From: Nitrospirales bacterium
GTDB taxonomy: Bacteria > Nitrospirota > Nitrospiria > Nitrospirales > UBA8639
DNA: 64,000 nt
Assembly (NCBI GenBank): GCA_965203295.1
Contig: CBDBCZ010000013.1
Location: 576,001 to 640,000 of the forward strand
Reading direction: 5' to 3'
Shown: positions 13,801 to 22,798 of the stretch, piece by piece
Position numbering within the stretch: position 1 is the stretch's first letter
Layout of the letters: each line of letters starts with the position of its first letter
The notes under the pieces: model-generated
The model's input: only the letters and a program-made list of their open reading frames with translations
Told to the model about the DNA's origin: nothing
The model's database searches: none
Translations under genes and position numbers: made by a program

Positions 13801-14942
13801 CAGAAATGCTGAAGGAGAACAGGACACTACAGCAGCTGAATATTAGCAAGAATTCCATAGGTGAAGTAGGAGCCACCACACTAGCAGAAATGCTGAAGGA
13901 GAACAGGACATTACAGCAGCTGGATATTAGTGACAATTCTATACGCCGTGTGGGAGCCACTGCACTAGCAGAAATGCTGAAAGAGAACTGGACATTACAG
14001 CAGCTGATGGTTAGAGACAATTCCATCGGCAGTGAAGGAGCCATCGCACTAGCGAAAATGCTGAAGGATAACAGGATGTTGCAGCAGTTGGATGTTAGAT
14101 GCAACTTAATATGCGCTAAAGGAGCCAGAGCACTGGCAGAAAATCTGAAGGGGAACAGGACATTACAGCAGCTGAACATTAGCAAGAACCTCATAGGCGA
14201 TTTAGGAGCTGTAGAACTAGTGCACATGCTGATGGAGAACAGGACATTACAGCAGCTGGATATTGGTAAGAATCACATAGGCAGATATAGAGGCGCTGAT
14301 GCACTAGCAGAAATGCTGAAAGAGAACTGGACATTACAGCAACTGGCTATCGGTGGAAATCCCATAGGCAATGATGGAGCCACTAAAGTGGCGGAAATGC
14401 TGAAGGAGAACAGGACATTAAAGCAGCTTGATGTTAGTGACAGTTCCATAGACGATGAAGGAGCTACAGCTCTAGCGAACATGCTGAAGGACAACAGGTC
14501 ATTACAACAGCTGGATGTTAGCTACAATTCCATAGGCGATGAAGGAGCCACCAAAATAGCAGAAATGCTGACTGTGAACAGGACATTACAGCAGCTCAAT
14601 GTTAGATACAATTCCATAGACAATGGAGGAGCCACTGCACTAGCGGAAATGCTGAAGGAGAATGTGATGCTACAACAGCTGAATATTAGCAAGAATTCCA
14701 TAGGCGATGTAGGAGCCATTGAACTAGCAGAAATGTTGAGGGAGAACAAGACATTAAAGCAGCTGGATGTTAGTAGCAATTCCATAGGTGATGAAGGAGT
14801 CACCGCACTAGCGAAAATGCTAAAGAAGAAGAACAGAACATTACAGCATTTGGCTGTTAGTAATAATTCCATAGGTGATAGAGGAGCCACTGCATTAACA
14901 AAAGTGCAAAAGAAAAACAAGACAGTCAGCATAATTGTTTAA
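10861..14942 (+). CDS. NLR gene exon 3: NACHT NTPase + about 28 ribonuclease-inhibitor-type LRRs (NLRC3-like architecture)
   Basis: Acceptor attgccttag| at 10860 gives in-frame EGAIDRYASHLKSVY. Walker A GAPGIGKT (11139-11162), Walker B VLLLYEGFDE, sensor-1 ILITSRP, winged-helix FLHVTLQEYLAA. 28-aa repeats NRTLQQLDISxNSIGDxGATALAEMLKE from about 12560 to the stop at 14942. Confidence 0.95.
13543..13921 (+). repeat. Exact 168-bp (two-LRR) tandem duplication, about 2.25 copies
   Basis: Unit starting cactagcagaaatgctg recurs at 13543, 13711 and 13879; I saw no differences between copies. Confidence 0.85.
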
Positions 14943-16449
14943 GATGTATAGGCCATGATGTGGTACTGTAGGCATTGGTCATTTACATAACTATTTCGGA
15001 ATTTTTGTGTGACATAAATGTATAGTAAGTGAACCATTGGTATTTTGGTATTTCATTTTATATAGTAGATGTAGAAGCATTTGATTTCCCTTTGGTGCGT
15101 TTTGTGCTTAATAAAATTTACTAGTGATATTTCCTTTTTGTATGTTTTGTACATGTACTGAATAGAATTTTCTTGTGTGTTGAGATTAGATTAATTGATG
15201 CATTGTTGTCTGTACACTAAATTTTTTGATGGCATTACTGTGTAGGTATGTTTTTACTGTCACCTGCTTATTAGCCTTTTGATGTTTAGAACTACCTTTT
15301 CCTTTGGCCTATAGAACTGTGGTCTATATAGTCTTTTGTTTCTTTGAACTCTGTTGTGTCACCCACATTACTTCACCCCTTTTTATATGGAACCTGTATT
15401 TGTATATTTTTGTACAGAGTTTTTCGGCTACACTTCAGTCTATGATATTCTATGAGTTATCTCCAGCGCCGCAAGGGCAAAAGCATGTTCTGACATGTTG
15501 AGCCACGGTTACAAAATCATACCCACCCCCACAGAAAATATGATTATGGGTTGCTGTGATATAATGCAATATTATACTTTTTCCTACCTAGCATAATACA
15601 GGGTATCAGTATGACTGAGTCTGAGTGGCTGCCTTGCATGTGTCGTCCCTCCTCTTCTAAAGTCAACTCCTTATTGATTATATATGCGCGATGGACAGGT
15701 CATGTGTAAATGTGAAGATGTATTTATGCGTCATTGCCAACATATCATTGATGTGGTAGTACGTAATGTATGTAGAATTATGGCAAGCAATATTATGGAT
15801 TCAGGATATTGTACTAACTACAGAAGTGTAATAAAAGCAAATTGTTGCACAATACTTTGGACGTGACGTGTATCATTCTGTGCCACTGAGTTTTTCCTCA
15901 GTCTAGATCTCGAGGACTTGGTAGAGCCTAGAAAAGAAAGGAATGTTTAGTAAAGTCTGGTGGACACATACGACATTACACCGTTCCTGTCCTTATACAC
16001 TTTCTTTTCGCATCACACTTAATTATTGATTCTTATCTTTTGTGCTACATGTGTGGCCGTTTTAATTAAAGGGACCAACTCCCATCTATGGTGTCATAAA
16101 CCCACAATTGTAAGTGGCCTACACCTTATTCAGCAAATTTAAACAAATTTACACAGCTGCTGACCATCAGACTAGAGTGTGAATGTGCTAGTGATAGGCT
16201 CCACTGTGATAATATAAATGTATGAAAAATAGCAAGCTCACTAAAACATTAAAGTGAACTACCTTCTCAGGTGTTGCAAGCGAGCTATGAGACTGTCCAC
16301 GCACACTGTGTGCTGCTGTCTCTGTTCACAGACTCAGTTATACAGCTAACTAGCTAAGATAGAGAGTTAGTTATACAAAGAAATTATCTAGCTCAATCCA
16401 GGGTCTTACTACCTTCTAAATAGCAAGTCCTAATGTCCAGGAGAGGAGT

Positions 16450-16548
16450 TAGCCTCGTTCCCAGGCTCTACTGACCATCTTTTTTTCGTACGTAGTAAAA
16501 TAAGCGAAAAAAATTAAAGCTGGTCAGAAGAGCCTGGGAACGAGACTA
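16450..16548. mobile_element. MITE with TAG...CTA ends and 9-bp TSD (Academ/AcademH-like)
   Basis: TIR tagcctcgttcccaggctct / agagcctgggaacgagacta; gagaggagt on both flanks (16441-16449, 16549-16557). Confidence 0.8.
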
Positions 16549-16981
16549 GAGAGGAGTCAGATTGCAGCACATACAACGTTGAGCTAGCTATAGGTCTTGC
16601 TGCTGATGCTTTTTTCTTCCTATTATTCTGTTCCCCTATTCTCAGGACTGATGCCTATTAGTCTTTTAAAGTTGTCCTACCAAATCATACAACACACAGT
16701 CAAAAAAGTTCTCAATGTTGATTGTAGTGTAACATAACAGATAAAGAAATGTAATCTTCCTGAGACGATTGCTGCTGAGTGGAAAGTGAGTTTTGCAAGA
16801 TAGAGAATACTTTCTCTGCATTGGCAGAGGATGGCTGAACTCAGCCCATGTATATGTAGGCAAGCAATATATTATAGCCTATCATTCTTACAGGTCTATA
16901 AGTTTATGCCTATTTTTCCAGCATATACATAATATACTTCTCTTAGACTAAGGCTTTTGAGACCTACATTATACACAGGAA

Positions 16982-17177
16982 AAAAAAGTGGAATTTCCGG
17001 AAATGTGTTACAAGGAAATTCGACAGGAAATCTACATTTCAGGCAGTATATATAGGATAGGGCAGAATTTCATGATTTTAAAGGAAATTCTGCCCTATCC
17101 TATACTACCCTGTACCTGGAATACCAGATTTCCTGTCGAATTTTCTTGTAACGCATTTCAGGAAATTCCACTTTTTT
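16982..17177. mobile_element. Hairpin (foldback) MITE, about 196 bp
   Basis: aaaaaagtggaatttcc...ataggatagggcagaatttc / gaaattctgccctatcctat...ggaaattccactttttt; almost the whole length is self-complementary. Confidence 0.7.
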
Positions 17178-17716
17178 ACGACAAATGAGCAGTAATGACA
17201 TTAAAAATTATACGGCAATCTTGTGTTCTAGACTACTGCATCTTAGCTCACTATGTATGCATTCACTAGCCGGCACTAGCTATTATAGTATTATGACTTC
17301 TGTATACGGCAGTCATGAAAATCAGCTACATAGCGGAGTTTAGTGTCAAAGTATTATAGCAAAATCGTGCCATCAGTAGTGTTTCTTGTCCAAAATTAAT
17401 TTTTACAACTAGCACACAATGGGTGAGACACATTCAAGCATAGAATATTAAATATCTATAGGATGACGATCACTATTTGCAATCAAGACTACATGTACAT
17501 CTTCTATTAGTGGTATGCTATATACGTATCTCCTATTGTAGCGTGTATACAGATATACAAACATACATGTACTCTATGTGCAGTGTGGACATTGTGTTAT
17601 ATAGGCTACTATGCTACAGAATGCAGAACATTGTGCACGCACCACATAAAAGGGATCTCTACTAGTACCGCAATTAGTACAATGTGTGAACTGCAGTGTA
17701 GATGAGTGTGGCTCAG

Positions 17717-18020
17717 TCAAGGATGCCTGTACTTGAGTTCAAATTCCTCAGACTGATCACTGAGTGGCTCTGTCTCTTCCAGTAGGTTGCAGAACCGACC
17801 AATGCATAGTATGATCTCCATCACAATAAAGATGATAACCCACATAGCAAGGAGTGCTAGCCAAACAGCCCAGACTGGTACTGGAGGAACCACTAGGAAC
17901 ACACCGAGGGTGACCTGGACAAGACCGATGAAGACGACTGACAGCCCCCAGAATCGATGGATCCTTTCCCAGATCTTGCGGTATGTACTATTAGAGCCAT
18001 CTTTCTTTATGTGGGGATGG
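17717..18020 (-). CDS. Kelch/cytochrome b561 gene exon 7 (last)
   Basis: HPH...RKIWERIHRFWG (heme His 4), further hydrophobic TM segments, stop at 17717. Seven exons total 1701 bp, in frame. Confidence 0.85.
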
Positions 18021-18092
18021 CTACATGCCAGTAAGAGAGTATAATATGCAGCTAAAAGACAATATCCTATGAGTAGAATATGTTAGGCTTAC

Positions 18093-18232
18093 AATATTCC
18101 AATGAAGGGTTGAATGATGACCAGAGTTTCAAGGACAATCCCAATGATGGCATGAGGGTGAGTGGGCTCTGTTGTAGTTCCAAACGGGAATATCACAACA
18201 AAGGCCGGCATTGTAAATATAACACCCAGGAC
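18093..18232 (-). CDS. Kelch/cytochrome b561 gene exon 6
   Basis: ctgcag|VLGVIFTMPAFVVIFP...HPHAIIGIVLETLVIIQPFIGI|gtaagc; heme His 3 and the conserved QP motif. Confidence 0.8.
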
Positions 18233-18309
18233 CTGCAGAATACAACAGATTCGTATAATATGTATACTCTTTATGAGATAATCTGCTACTGTAAAAAGGC
18301 GTTACCTAC

Positions 18310-18523
18310 CTGAATGCTGGCATGACTGTAGAACCAAACTTTGGACATTGAGCATCGGAAGTAGCGAGCAATGATGAAGCCAGTGGGGAAGAGGATGCCA
18401 AACGCAACAGCCATCAACAACCCGTGGAGGTGGAGGTAGCTGAACCATTCTCCATCACAGCTCAAGGTCTCTGTTTGAGCAGGATCGCCACGCAGGAGCC
18501 AAAGGTCATCAAGTCCCACATTA
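18310..18523 (-). CDS. Kelch/cytochrome b561 gene exon 5 (start of b561 domain)
   Basis: DDLWLL (Kelch end), then HGLLMAVAFGILFPTGFIIARY and WFYSHASIQ with heme-ligand His 1 and 2. Canonical splice sites. Confidence 0.85.
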
Positions 18524-18599
18524 CTGGGCAGTAGATATACCAAGCATTAATTTTTTTCGCAATAATTGATTCAGAAGGACCTTAAAATGCCTGACTTAC

Positions 18600-18700
18600 T
18601 CTGAAAGCCTCTGTCCACCGTAGAGATAGACATCTCCATTTGGGCCTGCAGCCATCATGTGACGTTGCCGGCGGTCAGGATATGCATCAGGCACTGCAGC
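18600..18700 (-). CDS. Kelch/cytochrome b561 gene exon 4
   Basis: cattag|AAVPDAYPDRRQRHMMAAGPNGDVYLYGGQRLS|gtaagt; Kelch P-x-x-R-x-x-H...YLYGG. Confidence 0.8.
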
Positions 18701-19848
18701 CTAATGAGAGAATCATGACAATGTATCATTCGTACATTTATACCGTACTAACACAGTATGGTACTATTGTGTCAATGATACGTATTAGGTGGTCCCAGGC
18801 TTCCGAATGATAAGTATGCTGTATGTGTTCATTACAACTGGCAGCAGGAAACAATAATGAGGACACGAGTGTCTACGCCAAGGAAGGTCTGCAGTATTAT
18901 ATGGTTGAACAAGTGGCCTAATTGCACCTATGACTCTATCACAGGAAGCATATCATAGCCTGAAGAGTAATGGGGAGATAGAAAGCGACAATGCATAGCA
19001 GAGTCAGGCTGGCAGTGCCACCCCACACAGTTTCTTTGTAAATATGACTTGGTATAATGAGTGAGCAGTTACCATTTACTGTAATAAGTGTACACCCATC
19101 CAATCATAACAGACAAGGATCGTGTGGTTCTGTGCATTTATGTCTATTATACTAGATATCTTAAGCTGAAGGCTTAGTTTAACCTAGCCATTGTTGTCTC
19201 AGTTTCAGCTTCTCTATTATAGCTATTTTGCATGTGCACTCATTGACGACTGCATGAGGGACATGTAATGATGACCATAACACCTAATTCTGGGGAATAT
19301 TTTTTTGACAGTGAGTGGTTTTGGTGCCAACAGAGGCCACCTTACGTTTCTTTTAGGATATGCCGACTCCCCTACAGATGAAGGCTTTACAGGTATGCCT
19401 TCTTTTCTTGAAGTGTCCCACATGCAGCAATATGTTACCGTTAGAGGGAACACAGATAAGTATACATGTACAGGTAATACACATAGCTATGAACTAAAAT
19501 TTTTTGCTCTTTTTCTGCTATATACATTCCATAGTAATGGATCTCTCTCATACTCAGCTCACTTGGCTAGTGGTGCATGCAAGTGCTCAGGTGACTAGTG
19601 ATGAGCATGTTATTTTTCCTCTACATTAGAAAGCAATGGACTGCATTGTACCAGCTTGTGTGCATGGAGTTCACTAAGCATTGTGACTATAGCCTTGTAA
19701 GTGCTTGTGTATAGTGATGTGCGCATGCATCAATGCCATTCAACAGCAACTTTGTTTCAAGTACAGTATGAAATGAATAGCTATTTCGATTATTATGGAG
19801 ACAGTGAACAAGGATTCACAATCAAAGGTAATTCATCACACTACTCAC

Positions 19849-19914
19849 CTCGGTTCTGTATCTGGTCCAATCCTTCCCAACAACTGCTACCTCATACTCC
19901 GGCCAGTCTTTGAC
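19849..19914 (-). CDS. Kelch/cytochrome b561 gene exon 3
   Basis: 66-bp phase 0-0 exon ttatag|VKDWPEYEVAVVGKDWTRYRTE|gtgagt, supplying the Trp that closes a Kelch repeat. Confidence 0.7.
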
Positions 19915-21238
19915 CTATAATCATGAGCAGAGTAAGGTATATTAATTAACTTAAGGATAACTTCTTTTTAATTATGGAATCTCTGAAGATGGAAAGATTT
20001 GTACACTGCAGTGATCAGGTACAAATATAACCACGATAGGTTGATGTAAATTTCCTATACAGGTGTCATGCAGTTCTTGTAGTTGTCAAGTTAAATGATT
20101 CATAATTATTATAAACTGACTACCAAGCTTTGAAAAAGGATCATAATTCTATTGATAGAGGCACCAGGTGGGTGGGAAAAGTTGGCATAATATTCTTAAC
20201 CCATGCATCATTCCTCATTCCTCCTGTGTTCTAAGGCTAGCTCAAGTGGCTCCATGACTTTGTTTTCAAATTCTTTTGTAATTGCATTTTCAAGGTGATG
20301 TAAAATTATTATAACCTATTTACCGAGACTTGAACCCGAAGCCTGTGAGTGTCTGACATCGAGCATGTCGAGGCAAATACAATAGTTACACACCGTAAAT
20401 AAAATGGACGGATTGAGAATTATGCCGCTGAGAATGAAGCGACAAAGGCTAATACGTTGTGCATTAAATTAGGATTACATCATACACCAGTACTATTTGC
20501 CACATTTAAAATTCACCAATATTAATTTCTAGCCGTTTCCCGCCGATTCGCCAAATTTAATGCTCGCAAAATTTTTCCGCTATACGGCCACTGCATGCAT
20601 CATAATCAAGCCCTTCCCTCTTCACATTCCTACAGCTCTTCCCTAGCTGTTACCTGTCAACCATGCAAGAGTGGGTGGTTTCCTGATGTGTGTCTAGAGG
20701 AAATCTATAAGTATATCCTCAACCACAACAATAACACTGCAGGTGTTTTTATGTTCAACTTAGCTTGCATGGGGGTTTAGATATAGAGCAACAACCCCAA
20801 AATCAGGGGCATATAGGCAGGAGTTTTAGACTTAGGAGACAGAGGCTTTGAAGTAGCCAAGTTTCCGGGAGAAGTGCAACAATAATTAATTTGTCATGAA
20901 CACCTGTATGCATACTTATAACAATACAAGTTCAATCAGGGTATCACAAATCATAATTTATAGTATTAACTCCACTCAGCAAGCATCTACAAGAGAGATT
21001 CATTACATTCCAGTTTTCCAAAACTACACCCCCAATAAGCAATCTAGCCTAGCAGGAAATTGAAGCGTTCCGTTGAATCATGGCAAATTGAAGTTTAGTA
21101 TCTTACACAAGCATGTCTCCTAACATTAACTCAACTGTATGTATACTGCACTTCAGGATTGCCCTCTCTGTGAGGAGGCGACCACCTTCTCGTTCTCTGT
21201 GCTAGTTTCTCATAAAGGCTTTGATTACCATAATCTAA

Positions 21239-21321
21239 TAGCCTTGTTCCCAGGCCCACGACTTTTCTTGTTGCACAAAGTCTTTGTAAAAAAATCACAG
21301 GCCTGCATGGGAACGAAGCTA
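21239..21321. mobile_element. Degenerate MITE of the same TAGCCTCGTTCCCAGG family (intronic)
   Basis: tagccttgttcccaggc ... gcctgcatgggaacgaagcta; TSD decayed (6/9 match). Confidence 0.6.
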
Positions 21322-21339
21322 CCAATCTATGCAGTTAAG

Positions 21340-21400
21340 ATATGCTGCTGTGTTTTTAACATCATCTTACTAAGATGATGTTAAAAACACAGCAGCATAT
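21340..21400. repeat. Perfect palindrome, 30-bp arms, 1-nt spacer
   Basis: atatgctgctgtgtttttaacatcatctta-c-taagatgatgttaaaaacacagcagcatat. Confidence 0.9.
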
Positions 21401-21456
21401 AACCTAACTGCATGTGCACTGCTGTTCGTGCGTGCATGCTGTTACAGTAAACTTAC

Positions 21457-21640
21457 GTGGATGATTTGCTCTGTGTGGAAGGAAGTTCCACCATAGAGCA
21501 CGGCTTTCCCAGGGTCATTGCTCAAGGGAGCCATCCGGCTCCAAGTTCTAGGGGAGATACAGCGAGGTAGCTCTGTCCACTTGTTGCGGTTAAAGTACCA
21601 ATTATCCTTGGTGGGACACGGACCTCCAGCTGTTCCTCCT
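21457..21640 (-). CDS. Kelch/cytochrome b561 gene exon 2
   Basis: Acceptor ttttactgcag|, reads GGTAGGPCPTKDNWYF...KAVLYGG...IIH, donor |gtaagt. Frame is consistent with exon 1. Confidence 0.85.
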
Positions 21641-21847
21641 CTGCAGTAAAACGAAAGGAATGTCAGCTGTGTAGCTACTTTATTAGTATGAAGTGGCAAT
21701 AATATTATAATTATAGGAAACTGAATTTGACTGTAGATACTGCATCCAGACTTGCATTTGTGCATCCCAACCGTAATTTAATGATCCTATATCATTGAAA
21801 TGCGTCGGATATTATAGCGTTGGCTATATATAGCTACGTTTACATAC

Positions 21848-22539
21848 CTCATACATCCCCCGAAAATTACCAGCTGTTCTGGGCGGACAACTGCAGATCC
21901 TTGCAGGCACCTCCCGTGTGGAGCCAGAGGATTAAACTGGTTTCCATTGCTGGGCTGCCCGAACACCCTCACCCAGGTAGCAGTGGTTGGACTACGGAAT
22001 ATCAGCTTGTAGGTGTCAATATACCGCGTAGCGTGGGTGGTTGTCAGAGTGAACCCTGCACCCATCCAAAACTCGTTTGTTGCAGGCCCGTAAACTGCGC
22101 CGAAGTGCCCTCCATAACGTATCGGTGGAACGGGGCCATCTGTAGTCACTTCACTCCACTGCCTGGTAACGAAGCTGAACGCCCACGTATCACCGTATTC
22201 GTCCGCACCTGTACCATGCGACACTACAAACACCGATTCGCCACTAACATTCACGACTCCATAGAAGGAATAGAGTCGACCCAGCGGTGCCGAAGTAGTG
22301 TCGACTTCTTCCCACATGTTAGAATCTACGTCGTACCACCACGTATCGGCAGACAAGGTCCCACTGACACTGCCTCCAAATAGGTTAGAAACGCTGTCGT
22401 AGCCGAAGGCTCCTCCAATTCGTGCTCCAGGCGACTCTGCTGACAGAGGCGTGATCCGCGTCCAAGTGAGTCCCTGCGCTCTGCACGCGGGCGCAAAGGC
22501 ACAAAAACTAACACACGTTAACAACAACAGAGACTTCAT
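21848..22539 (-). CDS. Kelch-repeat/cytochrome b561 membrane protein, exon 1 (signal peptide + Kelch repeats)
   Basis: MKSLLLLTCVSFCAFAPACRA signal peptide. Kelch-type motifs FGG..DTWWYD...W, HG..DTWAFS...W, PPIRYGGH, LVIFGG. Donor gag|gtatgt, phase 2. Confidence 0.85.
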
Positions 22540-22629
22540 ACTAACAATATGCAAAAGGAGGAAAAACAGCGACTTTATTAAAGCTAGTTCTTGTGTCGCG
22601 GTATTTGCATACCTATCCCCGGCCCCTTG

Positions 22630-22720
22630 GCTAGACACGGCGCATGGCGTGCCGTGAGTCCGCGACTTCCGTTTGTGCATAGATACTGGAAAGAGGCCGT
22701 GATACTGATTGGAAAAACCA
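22630..22720 (-). promoter_or_regulatory. CpG-rich putative core promoter of the Kelch/b561 gene
   Basis: High CpG density 90-180 bp upstream of the ATG; CCAATCAG on the minus strand (22705-22712), plus ACTTCCG and ATGGCG motifs. Confidence 0.35.
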
Positions 22721-22798
22721 CAGTGCAATATTGTACTGGCTTTAAAAATGATGTCAGTCCAACAACAGCGGCTTCAAGGGTTAAAGCGGCTTGTGAGC

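Noticed and set aside
12437..14932. Long minus-strand ORFs (189, 164, 239, 136 aa)
   Set aside because: Antisense shadows of the repetitive LRR coding sequence.
18790..18890. Extra exon of the Kelch/b561 gene after a ctgcag acceptor
   Set aside because: The phase-0 frame hits a stop, and exons 3 and 4 already join in frame without it.
22540..22728. N-terminal extension of the 313-aa ORF
   Set aside because: The ORF track starts at a non-ATG codon. The ATG at 22539 begins a clear signal peptide, so the upstream part is more likely 5' UTR or promoter.
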